64,000 bases of DNA, taken from positions 71,116,001-71,180,000 of the forward strand of contig NC_087436.1 in NCBI RefSeq assembly GCF_036321535.1, given 5' to 3'. Positions within the stretch are counted from its first letter, which is position 1. Each line of letters begins with the position of its first letter. Below, piece by piece: positions 38,867 to 52,565 of the stretch. The position numbers and the translations under genes were made by a program. The DNA comes from Camelus dromedarius (taxonomy: Eukaryota). The notes beneath the pieces were generated by a model, which ran no database searches, was not told the origin of the DNA, and was given only the letters and a program-made list of their open reading frames with translations.

Positions 38867-40564
38867 CTGGGGGTGGAGGGGGTGGTTAAGAGTGAACATC
38901 CTGCCCCGCAAGCCTAGCCTTTTCTGCTCTGAGTGACGTGCCTCCCAGAGGGGCGAACTGCAGTTCCTGGGGCGGTTTCAGAAAGATGGATGCATCAAGC
39001 AAAAAATCTTCGAATTTTCTGACACCTTTATTTTTCATGCCTTAATATTTTTCTGCTTCCCAGTGACTCTGAAACCTTCTTTTTTCCCTAAAGGATCATC
39101 TACAGAGGATTTCTGAAATTCATCTTAAGGTTGTCCCGTTAGATTCAGGCATGATGATGGTTTTCAAAAATAGCACCAACTCATTCTCAGCTGTATTAAA
39201 TCGTGGTGTTAAATATCCGAAAGGAAATTAAGAAAAAGGGATCCATCTGATGCCTGCTACCACAGGCTGATTTGGCTGCTGCTGCTGCTTTTTCATGACC
39301 TCACGAGTTTACTCATGTTTTAACATTCTGACTGCAATTACCGTTCCACCTCTAGAGTTGTTGCTTTGAAGGCTACCTGGCATATTCACCCTGTTTGGAA
39401 AATTCAGTTATTCATATTGGCCCTTACTGGGCCTGACTAAAAGGTAAAGGTCGTGTGCATCCAGGCCTGAGCAGAAACTGCTACTATGAATGCACCTGAC
39501 AGAAATATTTCCAAAGAGATATTAAAAAAAAAAATTTCCCAAGGGACAGTCCCAAATCCCAGTGTCAATGTCAGTCCCCCTAGCAGTCTCCAGATTAGCT
39601 GTGGCTACAACATCACAGACAGTTCTCACTATGTATGTCCCAAAGGGCTGTCATCGTAATCAGTCTGTCAGTATTTAATGGGGGCAAATTGTTCGTCTTT
39701 TCCAAAGTTACTTTCCCTCTGCAATTTTTTTCTTTCTGTATATATGGAGCAGAAGGATATAAACAGGCTAAAACCTTGACAGTCTTTGCTATTCAGAGTT
39801 TAAGACCGCCTTAGCTTGTCAAACTGGCAGCGAAATGGATTGTGGCAACTAAGAAATTTTACTCAATTTTGAAGCTCTCGATAGTGACTCATTTGAAGAC
39901 AGGCATTACATGAGAAGTATATTCTTCACTGTCATAGATAATTTTGACTATCTTTATTCTCTCCTGAAATTCCCAGAATGACAAATAAAAACTAAACAAA
40001 ATGGTATACACCAAAAAAGGCAAAAAAAAAAAAACAAAAACTGAAGAAGAAGCCGTCAAAAGACCATTTTGGAACCTAGAGAGCAGTTGGATATATGGCG
40101 ACTAACACAGCAGACCTAAGAAAGATAAAGTGAAGTCTGCAGTATAAGCTGAGAATCAAAGGGGTGTGACTGCAGGACCTTAGAAACGTACGGGTGTTAG
40201 TGGCCAGAGGTGGAAGTGTGGCTGTGAAAATGGGGATGGGAGCCCTGTGTGCCCCAGGGCAGTGAGTAGGTTGATCGCAGCCTGATCTTCTTGCCCTTAG
40301 CTGGCTTCTGTCTTGTAACAGGAGTTTTTCAGTCTGTGGAGTTGGAATGCAAGGCCTCTTGAAAAAGATTGTCTCTGTGCTTTCCTGAGAAAGAATGATA
40401 GTTCTGGTTGAATCAGTCCCACAGGGTTGTGTAACCGTGTATCCAGAGCTAAAAAGCTGGTGGCTGTTTTAAAGAATCAAGGATTATTATATTATTAAAC
40501 TTTGGTAAAATTTTCTAACTTTATAGTCTTCCTACATGGAGAAAGAAAATAAAATACTTTAAAT

Positions 40565-40566
40565 GA

Positions 40567-40633
<67 letters not shown>

Positions 40634-40663
40634 GAAGAAAGGAAGAAAGAAAGAAAGAAAGAA
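40565..40663. repeat. (GAAA)n tetranucleotide microsatellite
   Basis: Long pure GAAA run with a GGAA-interrupted tail. Confidence 0.95.
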
Positions 40664-41172
40664 AATGGGGATGAAGGCAAAGCTGAAAGCAGAGGCACTG
40701 GTGGGAATTCTATTTGCAAGGAGTTAGGTCTCCTGTTCCCTGTTCTCCCCGATCTCCTTAGTCCTGTTGGGTCACTGCCCCTCCTCTGACCCAGAAGAAG
40801 ACAGGAGAGTTATCCTCTGTAGAAAGTGAAGCAGACTTTTAACTGACGGACAACAGACACAGTCAAGAGAGAAAAAGCCCACAGAGAAAACAAGGGGTTA
40901 TGTAAAAGCCCACACGTGGAGTGGCGAGGTGACCCCAGATGCCTCTACACGTACAGCTTCCACCACAGCTACTAGACAGGCTTGTACCCCAGGTAGGAGA
41001 TCGATTCTGTTCTATAGAATCTGATCATGTCATTAGAAAATCCCTAAATGTACAAATAACTGAGGGTCTTTCAATGACATAGCCCAGTAGGTTCACCCCA
41101 CAGTGGAGCCAACCAGCAAACAAGTATGGGGCATAAGGAAGCTTCCAATCAGCCTTTTAATGCTGCATTCTT

Positions 41173-41402
41173 CCCCCACTCCCAGTCTTATTGAGAAATA
41201 ACTGATATGCATCACTGTATACATTGAAAGTGCACAGCATGATGGCTTGATTTACATATATTGTGAAATGATTACCATGACAGTTTAGTTAACATCCATC
41301 ATCTCATATAGACACAATAAAAAGAAAAGAAAAGAAGAATTCTCCTTGTGATGAGAACTCTCTGGGTCTACTCTCTTAACTTTCCTAGGTATTATACAGC
41401 AG
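41173..41402 (-). mobile_element. L1 3'-end insertion with perfect 17-bp TSD
   Basis: TSD TTTAATGCTGCATTCTT at 41156-41172 and 41403-41419; interior matches an L1 3'UTR. Confidence 0.85.
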
Positions 41403-41439
41403 TTTAATGCTGCATTCTTACATGCATGTGGACAATCAG

Positions 41440-42320
41440 TGATCACCAGGCACAGAAGTCTCTAATACAAATGATGAAAGAGGGGAAAAAAGAAACAGAA
41501 GAAATAATACACAAAAAAAGGAAATAATCTCTAAGAGCCTAGAAAGATATAAGACTATATCATATCTGTGAAATAAGAATCAAATGTCATGAAAAAGGAA
41601 CATTTGATGAACAAAACAGCACTTGGGTGTTAAAGCTCTCTTGGATATTAATGACGTAAGAGCAAAAATGGAAAAATTCAGCAAGAGGAACAATAATTCC
41701 TAGGAGAGAAAAGAAAACTGATCTGTCTAGGAAGCCTAGCTTCAAATTTCCCGGAAAGAAAGAATACTGAAAAGAAAGAAAACCACAGGGGAACTTTGTC
41801 AAAGAAAAGGCACAAGAAAATCTCCCAGAGGTGAAAGCTATCGATTTTGTGTTTTAAAAAATCTACAAGTATACAGCACAATAGACGAGAAAAAATAAGT
41901 ACAAAGGCAATTTTATCACTATGAAATTTCAGGATACTAGGAACAAAATGATCTCACAAACTTTGAAAGACAAAAAAAGTTAGGTCACATAGAAAATTGA
42001 AAATTAGAATGACAAACGATTTTTCAACAGCAACACCAGAGTCTAGAAAATAACAGAGCAACAGTCTAAAAATTCTGAGGGAAAATATATTATAGTTTGG
42101 AGTTGTATCCATATGTGTGTGTTCAAATGATCAAAAGTGAGAGTAGAAGAAAGATTTCTTATATACCCTTAACTTTAACCTCTTATGTACTTTTCTTAGG
42201 TGTATAGGAATTTAATTCTTATACAAAAATTTTACTTTGTATATACTTTTCTCATGAAGTTACTGAAACATGCAACCTGCCAGAATGAATGAATACAGTA
42301 AAAGCCTACAAAAGGAATGC
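41440..42320 (+). mobile_element. Ancient degraded L1 ORF1-region fragment
   Basis: A-rich; AAATTAGAATGACAAACGATTTTTCAACAGCAACACCAGA...AAAATTCTGAGGGAAAA. Confidence 0.6.
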
Positions 42321-42904
42321 AGAAAACAGGAGTTCCAACACAAGAGATGTGCAGCAGGGAATCCCTGGGAAGACGGTAAAAAGAAACCCCAGGGTGAGGA
42401 TGTGCAGGAGTTCAGGCAAGACCTGAGCCACAGAGAACTGGCTGTGAGATGTCTCTAAGAAGACACAGGATACTCGAGTACGTAGAATTTAGAGGAGACT
42501 GATACTCATGGAAGTGGGCATGGGGATGAATGAGTGAAAAGTAGTAGACAATAAGACATAAAAAATCAAGACATTCAGTTACTCTAGAAGAAACAAATTT
42601 TCAAAGAAAAGAAACTGAATTAGAGCATGCTAAGGGATCAACTGTTAAAAGAGACACATGTTGTTAAAATAATACAAACTCCAAATAGCAATATCAGCAA
42701 ATGAGGTTATATCAATATTGGAAGTGTTGGGAGAAAGCTATAAAGAATGTCAAATCCTCACTTTGCATGGTGGAAATTCAATATACATAAAATCTAAAGC
42801 CTCACCCCACTTCTCCCCACAAAAATTCAAGAAGTAGAAGCAAAAATAGTTTACTTGGAGTGATGGAAGCCTGTAGTTACTAACTATCAAAAGAAGAAGA
42901 ATAA

Positions 42905-43937
42905 CAAGGAAACCATCAACAAAGCAAAAAGACAGCCTACAGAATGGGAGAAAATATGTGCCAACAAGGCAACTGACAAGGAGTTAATGTTCAAAATACA
43001 CAAACAGCTCATAAAACTCAATATCAAAAAACAAACAACCCAATCAGAAAATGGGCAGAAGACCTAAATAGATATCTCTCCAAAGAAGACACACAGATGA
43101 CCAACAAGCACATGATAAGATGCTCAACATTGCTGATTATTAGAGAAATGCAAATGAAAACTACAATGAGGTATCACCTCACACTGGTCACAATGGCCAT
43201 CATCAAAATACCTACAAATAATAAATGCTAGAGAAAGTGTGGAGAAAAGGGAACCTTCTGACACTGTTTGTGGAAATGTAAATTAATGCAGCCACTATGG
43301 AAAACAGTATGGAGGTTCCTTAAAAAACTAAAAATAGAGTTATCATATGATCTAGCAATCCCACACTTGGGCATATATTCAGTAAAGATGAAAATTCTGA
43401 TTGGAAAAGATACATGTCCTTAATATTCATAGTAGCACCATTTACAATACTGAAGACATGGAAACAATCTAAATGTTCATCAACAGACAAATAGCTTAAG
43501 ATGTTGTGTATACATATGTGTGTCATAAAAATAATTGCCATTTGCAGCAACATGTATGGACCTAGAGATTATCATACTAAGTGAAGGAAGTCAGATAGAG
43601 AAAGACAAATATTATATGATATCACTTATATGTGGAATATAAAAATAATACAAATGAATCTATATATTAACAAACAGACTCACAGACAGAAAACAAACTT
43701 ACGGTTACCAAGAAAATAGAGGGGACGAGAAATAAATTAGGAGTTTGGGATTAACAGATACAAACTACATACAAAATAGATAAGTGAAAAGGATTTACTG
43801 TATAGCACAGGGAACTATTTAATATCTCGTAATAACCTATAACAGAAAATAATCTGAAAAAAATATATGTAACTGAATCACTTTGCTGTATACCTGAAAC
43901 TAATACAATATTGTAAATACTATATTTCAATAAAAAA
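42905..43937 (+). mobile_element. L1 ORF2 C-terminus plus 3'UTR
   Basis: AAGGAAACCATCAACAAA...GAATGGGAGAAAATA...TATCACCTCACAC...CCACTATGGAAAACAGTATGGAGGTTCCT...TTCAATAAAAAA. Confidence 0.92.
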
Positions 43938-44150
43938 TACTAAAAGTAGTTGTTTTTGAAAAGCAGAAATATGGTTAAAAAAACAGAGGACTACAGCTTT
44001 ATATAATTCCCATGAAATGATCTGAGCATTGTAAAACCTGGTACACGTTTAAGTTTTGACTAAAAATCAAATTAAAACTAAAAAGAGCTAAAGTCATTTA
44101 AATCCTTTTTATTTTGTCCTTGGGATATGATAGTTAAAATAAACACTTAC

Positions 44151-44283
44151 AGTGGGTGTGTGCACTCTTGAATATTGCACATTCTTCTAATAGGTTTCGG
44201 CTTTTTGTTGGCCTCACAGAAGCTGCGATGAACCATTTTATTATCACTTTTCCTCCGGCATCCGTATTTAGTGTACTGGAAAC
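44151..44283 (-). CDS. ADAMTS3: ADAMTS3 exon, TSR2: (G)[43 protein letters not shown]
   Basis: 133 nt, manual translation; acceptor CAG, donor GTAAGT. Confidence 0.96.
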
Positions 44284-46159
44284 CTGGGAAGGGAAATACA
44301 TTTCTTTTGACTTAATCACTTATTCATTCTGTTACATATTTGATCATTCACTCATTCATTCATTCATCAAATATTTACTGAATCATACAATCAGGCAGGC
44401 ACTGTTCTAGGTGCTGAAGTTCCAGAAGCAAAATAAAGAAACAAAAATCCTTACCTATTAATGTACATTTAATAAATATTATGAAGTATTAAAAATCAAC
44501 TGCGTACTTGTGAATGAACTAGGCCCTGATAAGCACAGTCTAGTGTGAGAGACAGACATGAAAACTGCGGTGACAACACCCAGAGACGTGGGCTTCGAGA
44601 GAGCTATGTGAATAGTTTACTGTAGAGGGCGCCAAAGGAGCACAGAGGGGACGCTCTCTAACTTCGCTGGAGAAGGGCCAGAGAATGCTTACAAGCTGAT
44701 ATCAGCACTTCCCTGAGCAGAACCTTGAAGTTCAAGTAGCACTGGGCAAAGAGAATGAAGCAGAATAATACTCCAAGCAAAGGAAATGACATACAGAAAC
44801 TGCAGGGCTCTTTGAATGGCTGAAGAGGGTAGGAAATGGGAAAGGATCCCATCTTAAAAGCCTTGAGTGCCAGACAACTGTTTGGATTTCATACAGAAGG
44901 TCATAGGGAGTTATTAAAGGTCTTCCCAAGCACTGACTTGGATGTTTAAAAAAAAAAAGAAAAAAAATATACTTTTTAATTTTGAAAAATTTCAAACCTA
45001 CAAAACATTGTAAGGAAAGCACAATGAAATGTGTATGCCTTGCATCTAGATTAACCTTGTGTTACCATGTCACCATATTTGATATATATTAATTATAATA
45101 TATAATATACATAATATATACACATTATATAAAATGTCCCTGAACTATTTGAGAGTAAGTTGCTGGCATTCTGATCCTTCACTTCAAAATACCTCAGCAT
45201 ATAGCTCATAACAAGCACATTCTCTTACATAACCACGATATAATCTTAAATTCAGAATATTTAACACAAATTTAATACCATTATCTAATACACAGATCAT
45301 ATTCAAAATTTATCAATTATCCCTAAAATGTTCTTTATAGGAATGTTTTTCCAATCACAGACCATGAGCTGCACTTAGTTGTCATGGAATTAATCAGGAA
45401 CAGTGTCTGAGCTTCTTTCTATCTTTTAATATTTTTGAGATATGTAAGCCAGTTGTTCTGTAAACTATCCCACAATTTGGGTTTATTTAATTGTCTTCTA
45501 ATGATTAGATTCAGGTTTTCACTTTGGGCAAGAATATGACATAAATTATGTTGCATCTTTAGGGTAACACATTAGGAGATTGAAGGATCTGAATCAGGGA
45601 AACAATATAATTCTATTCATTCATTCATTCATTCATTCATCCATCCATTTAAGAAAGACTATCCTGGAAATAAGAGAAGAGAAGAAAATCAAAATTAATT
45701 GACTAGTTAAGAGACTTTTGCAGTAATCTTCCCTGCCAAAGTCGTGAAGGAAGCCTGGTGAGGGAGCAATAGACCTGGTAGGTATGAAAAGGTGTATCTG
45801 ATAAGTCTTGTGATCAAGTGGATTGACGATGCAGCAGAAGGGAGGATCCAAATTAAATAAGCATTTCATGATGAATAAAGTGTCATTTTCAATTAACTGA
45901 AAATATTTGATGCCCCGTCTGGGAAGAAAATTTTTTTGAAATACATCCTTGAAATTAAAATCATGAAATATTTACCTGGACATTCCTTACTATGAATAAT
46001 TTTTGTAGTCAATTATTCAGTATCATTATTGTGAGAGAATCCTCTCTGGGCCAGCTCCATTCTGGAGCATTTGTTGTTCTGAACTAGAGAAATGGATGAT
46101 GGGAGAAACTGAGAAACTCTGAGGAGAACTAATGGATATACTCCAGAGAGAGCAGAGAG

Positions 46160-46375
46160 GCAGCAGAATGCAGTCAGTGCATGGACTTAGAAGCCAGATG
46201 ACCTGCCTGGTGTTGTATCTTATGGCTGGGACAAATTATTCACCTTCCCTGTGCTTTAGTTCCCCGTCAGTACGGTAGAGATAATAGTACTGACCTCATA
46301 GAGCCATTGTGAGTATTCATGCATTAATATATAAAATAGTTAAAGCTGTATCTGGTACATAGTGCAACTAAGAGC
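46160..46375 (-). mobile_element. MIR SINE
   Basis: CCTGTGCTTTAGTTCCCC...GATAATAGTACTGACCTCATAGAG..TTGTGAG. Confidence 0.7.
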
Positions 46376-46757
46376 TTTTTTATTATTAACACTATCAGAG
46401 AAGAAATGCATAGGCATGGAAAGCGAAATTGGAGAAGAAAGGCCAGAACCAAAAGACACTGAATCTGGGAGAGTTTGAGAAGAGTAAAGTGCTTAAGGGT
46501 GCCACTCCAGTGATACGAGACAAAAGAACCCCAGGGGAAAGGGCAGGGGGGTTTTAAGAAGGTCTACCTTTGTTATGAATGGATTCATATCCCCTGTAGA
46601 TGCTGAGTTCAGTAAAAATGCTTTGTCTTTATGTTTTTGTTATGCTCGGTGTTTCTCAGATTGTAGCCTCAATTAGAGACAATCCTTAAGGTAGAAGGAA
46701 GAAGACTGGCTTTTATATGAATTACATTTTAATACAACAAATGTGTTCAACTGTTAC

Positions 46758-46923
46758 CTCCACCACAGGGTTTGGAACACTGAGACCAGCTCTTCAACGC
46801 CCACTCAAAAGTATCTAACTCCTCCTGGATGACGTTGTTGCTGTTGATGGTAGGTGCGGAGTCCTCGTGGATGATGTACTTATACGTCAGGCTAGAGCGG
46901 GTCTCGTTCTCCTGAGGTATGAT
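46758..46923 (-). CDS. ADAMTS3: ADAMTS3 exon: [55 protein letters not shown]
   Basis: 166 nt; acceptor CAG, donor GTAACA. Confidence 0.97.
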
Positions 46924-48838
46924 CTGACACACACGGAACAGACATGTAAGTCACCGGAGAGAGGGCTATGTTTGAACGAAAAATTACAAATATTTCAGAA
47001 TATGTATCTTATTAAAACTGGAAGACTTTCAAGTAGTTTTCAAACATAGTCTATTTTTCTTTCTATAATACAAGTATGCCCTGTTTAAGAAAACAATACA
47101 AATATATAAAATATTTTGACCGTAAAACATTAAAAAATACATATACTGAGGGGTAAGAAAAATTTTGTACTATGAAAATAATAACCTTACAGTAAGATTC
47201 ACCACAGATTTCCTCAAGTTCTTTATCTCCTTAGTGTATTTAAAAATTACTCTTTAAAATAAACTGTTTTGTTATGATAACAAAGATAATAATGTTTCAT
47301 CCAGAAAATACAAAATGGAAAAATATAAAGAAAATAAAAATCAACCATAATTCTACTCAACCAGAGAAAACTAAGTCACTTTCATTGTTTTGGGATATAT
47401 TCTCAAGATATTTGCTTATTATCTCTTTGTGTGTGTGTGTGTGTGTGTGTACATACATGTTTTTGTGGCCTTGCTTATTTCACTTAATGGGTCATACACA
47501 CTGTGTGTCATTTCCTAAGAGAGTGAATATTCTTTGAAAACATATTTTTAAATGTCAGCATAGTGTTTAATCCTAGACAGTGTGCATCATTTAATCATAC
47601 AAATAAACACTTACATTTTGATTAAAATTTATTCCCACCTTTGTGATAGTTTCCAATTTTCCTTAGTGTGCTAAAAAGTAAAACCACTTCTTTATAGTTA
47701 TTACAACAGACCAGTGAATGGCCCTTCAGAACAGGTAAAACAATTATTACTTTCATAGTAAGTATATGAAAATGCTCCCACTCTGCACTACAAATTATAT
47801 CATTTTCATCTTTGTTAACTGAATGGGCAAAAGATTGTTGTTTTAACTGCTAGTTATTTGATAAATAGTGAAGTTTAATTTTCCTAAGTTTATTGGTCAC
47901 TTGTATTTTATCCACTTTGCAATGCATGTGCATGTCAGTTCTCTTTTTTTTTATTGCATACATATCTTTTTTTCCTAAAATAATCCATGCAACAGGGATA
48001 TTAATTCTTTTTATCATAAACTTTGCAAATATACCCTCATTTCCTTTTTTTAATTTTTACTTTTTTAGGGCAAAGCACTCTTTTTTAAAAACCAGTTTTT
48101 ACTGACTTTCATGTAGCTTTTATAGGATTAGATCAATTACACAAAGGGAGAAACACATGCAATTCATTAGTATTTTAAACTAAACTTCCAGAAACAGCTT
48201 TGTTTGATACTAAACCTGCTAAGGTGAAGGATCTAGTTATTTGCATTCTGCTATCTCTTTTTTTCCCTGAGTCTTTGTTTTTAAAACAGCATTAAAAATC
48301 AAGCACCAACCCCTACAGTGGCCCTTATATGTGGCCAGATGTCTAAGCTTTCAGCCCCAGATGGCCTCACCGCCATGCTCCAGGCCTCCAAGCCTGGGGT
48401 TCCAGTCTTTCAGAGAGGAAAAGAAAAGTCATGGCAACTGAGCACTGCTTGTCCACAACCCCTGTCCTGGCTCCACATTTCCTTCTGTCTCCAGCCCCCG
48501 GGGCTCTGGGGCACACTACTATCACTGGCACGGCCTTGAGGCATCCTGTCCCGGCAGTCAAGCAGCAGGGCTGAGGGCAGACACCTGTGCTGCCGAAGAG
48601 CGTGTAGTGCAATGACATACTAGAAAAATAGAGCTCCTGAGCGCCAGTCACTCAAACTTAAAGTAACCTTTAAAAAAGTCTGATTAATGTACGTTTTCCT
48701 GTAAAATTGTCTAACCTACGGAACAGAATGAGAGTCCAGAAATAAGCCCACATAAATTTGGACAATTAATTTTTGACATAGATGAAGAGGCAATTTAAGG
48801 GAGAAAGGATAGTTTTTTCAAGAAGTGGTACTGGACAT

Positions 48839-49405
48839 TGTGGTGGCTTTAAAAATGTGTCTACAAATCCTTTGACACTTCCCTGTTCGCTAAGTGGAGA
48901 GTGATTCTTCTCCCCTGCAGTGTGCGCTGGACTCAGTGGCTTGCTTCCAGCAAACAGCAGCAGGCGTGGAGGGATGTCACTCTAAGATGAAGTTAAAAAG
49001 GACTGCCTTCTGTTGTACTCACTCACTTTCTCAGTCCCTTGAATCACTCACTCTGGGAAGCTAGCTTTCATGTGCCAATAAGGACACTGAATCAGCCCAT
49101 GGTGAGGCCACCGTAGTGGGGAACAGAGGCCTGCCAGCCACCACCTGGAGACACCTGGGAGCCATCTTCTAAGGCCTTTCAGCTGCCATGAGACTGAGCT
49201 AGGAAATGAGCAGTTTTTCCTCAGTGGAGCCCTGAGGGGACTACACCCCAGCAGAGAGCAACCCCATGAGATGCCCTGAGCCAGAACTGGCCATTCCAGC
49301 TACTCCCAGACACCTGACCCAGAGGACCGATGAGATTATAATGTTGCTTGCGTTCAGCCACCAAGTTTGAGGTAATCTGTTATGCAGCAATATATCATAT
49401 AAACA
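48839..49405 (+). mobile_element. MLT1 (MLT1E/F-like) LTR interrupting an old L1 ORF2 fragment (48715-49830)
   Basis: TGTGGTGGCTTTAAAAATGTG...CAAATCCTTTGACACT...TGTTATGCAGCAATA; L1 ORF2 sequence continues on both sides. Confidence 0.8.
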
Positions 49406-49999
49406 TCCACGTGCAAAACTAAGAACTTAATGCATACAAATGTATATAAAAATTAACTTAAAGTGGCTCTTAAACTTAAAATGGTGAAAATAAACTGTAA
49501 AACTATGAAACTTACCAAAAAAATAAAAGAAGAAGAAAATATTTTGACCCTGGATTAGGCAAAAAAAAGTCTTATATAATATCAAAATCTTGATCCATAA
49601 AAGGAAAAAATTGATCAGTGAGACCTCAATAAAGTTAAAATATTTTTTCTGTGAAAGACACCACTAGGAGAAGGAAAAGAAACTACAGCCTAGAAGAAAA
49701 TACTTGAAGATCACATTTCACAGAGGACTTATACAGAGTGTATATAAAGAACTCTGAAAACTCAAAAGAAAAAGCAACCAACTTTAACAATAGGCAAAAG
49801 ATTTGAACAGACACTTTACCAGAGACAAGCAATTTTCAAAGGGAAAAAAAAAGACTTGGAATTGAGTGGGATGATTTGATTTTGTATTAATATAATATTT
49901 GTATAGATAATCCAATGAATATTGATATACTAAATCTAACAATATTTTTCAAATCAAGTTGATACCTTCTGCTTTCATCCATGAGGAAGTAATAGAAGT

Positions 50000-52270
50000 G
50001 CCTTCCTGATATTAAAAATAATAAAACTGGATAGAATGTTTGAAGGAATTTTCTTTTTCTTACAATGGATAACATGGCAAAGGACAATGGTCCCTTTGAG
50101 AAGACAAACATGCCAGGTCTTGGCTTCCTGACAGGGTGAGGTCTGGACCCTGGCTCAGGGAGCAGGAGCCCAAACCAAGACATCAGCCCCACTGAGCTGA
50201 GGCGGAGGAGGGCAGGATTTGGAAATTTCAGGGCAGGGCACTGAAAACAGAAGGGGGCTTCACAGAGGGTGGCCCAGAAAGCTGCATGGGTCTTAGACTG
50301 AGGGCTGGTCTGTGCAAGCCCAGGCCAAGACACCCCGCCATCTACCAATGAGTGGCCACTGCAGGGCTGGGAGCAGGACGGAGATACATGAGGACAGGCA
50401 GGGCCGAGGGACTAGGCCTTCTTACGGCCTCCCTCACACGTCAGGGATTCACTTGAGGCACCAGAAAGGCCATGCATTAAGAAAAACGACAAAACCGAAA
50501 GAAACCAGTCCTAAGAAAGAATAAACTATGCCTCAAAGGGTCATGAGGAGCTGACAATAACTTAACTGCCAGCCAGAATAAAACCTAATGCTTTTAAGGA
50601 AGGCATAAACCAAATACCCTATAACTTATCATCCATAATGTTCAGTGTGCAATAACAACAGTGTAAGAGGAAGGAAAATGTGAACCATAATCAAGAGGAA
50701 AAAAAAAGCAGCCCATAGACGCAGACAACATGAAGACCCAGGGCTCAGAGGAAAAGTTGGACATAATGAGCGAAAATACATGGATATATCAGCAGTGAAT
50801 TGGAATTACAAAAAAGAACCAAGTGGAAATTCTAGACGACAAAAGTGCACCATCCAATATGAAAACATGACTTGATGGGCTCAGTGACAGACTGGAGACT
50901 TATAGATGACAGTCAGCGAACTTGAACACAGCGTAACAGAAATCATCCAGTCTGAAGAACAGAGAAAAGAAAAAGATGATAAAAGGATGAACAAAGTCTG
51001 AGGTTTGTGCAACAACGTCCACGGGTTTAACATACATGTAAACGAGTCCTAGGAAGAGAGGAGAGATGGGGGGAAAAATAAAACAAATCTGAAGACATAA
51101 TGGAAAATTTACCTCAATTTGGTGAAAAATATCAAACTACAGAGCCAAGATGCTTGGTGAACCCCAAGCAGGATACATACAAAGACCAATGCAAACCAAG
51201 CATGTCACAGACTATGAAACAAACAAACCAAAACAAAACCAAAAGATAAGGAGAAAATTGTAAAAAAGCGGCAGAGAAAACTGACACATTATGTGCCCAG
51301 CAGCAATCTAAAGGAGGCAGGCTTCTTACCATGAATAATGGATTCTAGAAGACAAATGTTATATAAATGAGTCAAAAATGGCTCCTGTACATTGGCCCCT
51401 ATTTATTTATTCACAGCAGGCTGAGACCCATTAGCTCAAAAGCTCTCAGACACCAAACTCAAATTTTCACACATCCAATTGTTTTCAATGTAACCCAAAC
51501 AAGTAGATTTCTAGCCATCTAGGGTCTGCTTGCTTTGCACATCCTTAAGAAACTGAACCCCAAATCTGCTAATTATAAAGAAGACTTTGTGGCTCTCAGG
51601 ACCCCAAGTGGCTGCTGCTGCCTTTTGGAACTCTCAGACCCAGGGTCTCCTCGCTGTGCTGCTGAGTGACATCGTCCAGATACAAAAACCCCTTCTCTAG
51701 TCCCTCTCTTACCAACCAGGAGTTCCCTCGCCCTTGTCTCCTTCCTGATGGTGGCCCTGCAGGCAACCTGCTAAGGTCACCCGGATAATATGTGTGGGTG
51801 CAACTGCCATCTCATGGTCATATCTATTTCCTAGCTCAGCTCCCAAATTCCCAGAACTCCCTACAACAACAGAAAAAAATCCTTAAAGTGCTGAAAGAAA
51901 AATAAGCCAAACTAGCCACCCCAAATTTTATATCTAGGGAAGATATCTTTTAAGAATGAGGATGAAATAAAGATATTTTCAGAGAATTGACAGCTGAGAG
52001 AATAATTTGCTGGCACACACACCCAAACCACAGGAAACGCTAAAGGAAGTTCTTTATATTGAAGGTAATGATACTAAAGAGAAAATCAGATTTACAGGGA
52101 AAAATGAAGAGCATCAGAGATGGTAAACATGTGAGTAAATATAAAAACCTATTTTTTCTTTTCTTTAAAGATAACTGATTACTAAAATCAAAAATCGTAA
52201 TACTAAATTATTTGGTTTATAATGTATATGTAATAAAATATATGACAAAGTTGCCCAGAGAATGAAAAGG
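50000..52270 (+). mobile_element. Old L1 5'/ORF1 region fragment
   Basis: AAAAAGAACCAAGTGGAAATTCTAG...GATGGGCTCA...GAACTTGAA...AATCATCCAGTCTGAAGAACAGAGA. Confidence 0.7.
51357..51868 (+). mobile_element. Probable solo ERV1-like LTR nested in L1
   Basis: TGTTA...ACA-bounded block of different composition that interrupts the L1 ORF1 remnant. Confidence 0.6.
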
Positions 52271-52401
52271 AAAGGATGAATGGAATTATAAAAAACAAGC
52301 ATCTAAATATTCAGTGTTCAAGGTAAAAATGTTTTGAGAGAAATTAATTATAAAAAATACTAGCTAAACCAACTACACAGCGAGCCTGTAATGCCACATA
52401 C

Positions 52402-52565
52402 CAAAACAATAACCGGGTCATGTAAGGGTCCATCGGTGTGAAGCGTTTCAATGTCATCTTCAATGTTATAATCCCATTCCACGCCAAGATCTATGAAAGT
52501 CTTCGACCTGACTTCCTCCCCTTTGCCATTTAAAATATAGTGGCCTGTGGCCTGATTCTTAATTG
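52402..52565 (-). CDS. ADAMTS3: ADAMTS3 exon, spacer: (A)IKNQATGHYILNGKGEEVRSKTFIDLGVEWDYNIEDDIETLHTDGPLHDPVIVL
   Basis: 164 nt, manual translation; acceptor TAG, donor GTATGT. Confidence 0.96.

Noticed and set aside
38626..38936. Overlapping + strand and alternative-frame ORFs
   Set aside because: Shadow ORFs of the GC-rich ADAMTS3 exon; the true frame is the spliced TSR3 frame
49887..50524. 153-aa and 70-aa ORFs in a GC-richer patch
   Set aside because: They overlap the degraded 5' region of an old L1 and show no recognisable domain
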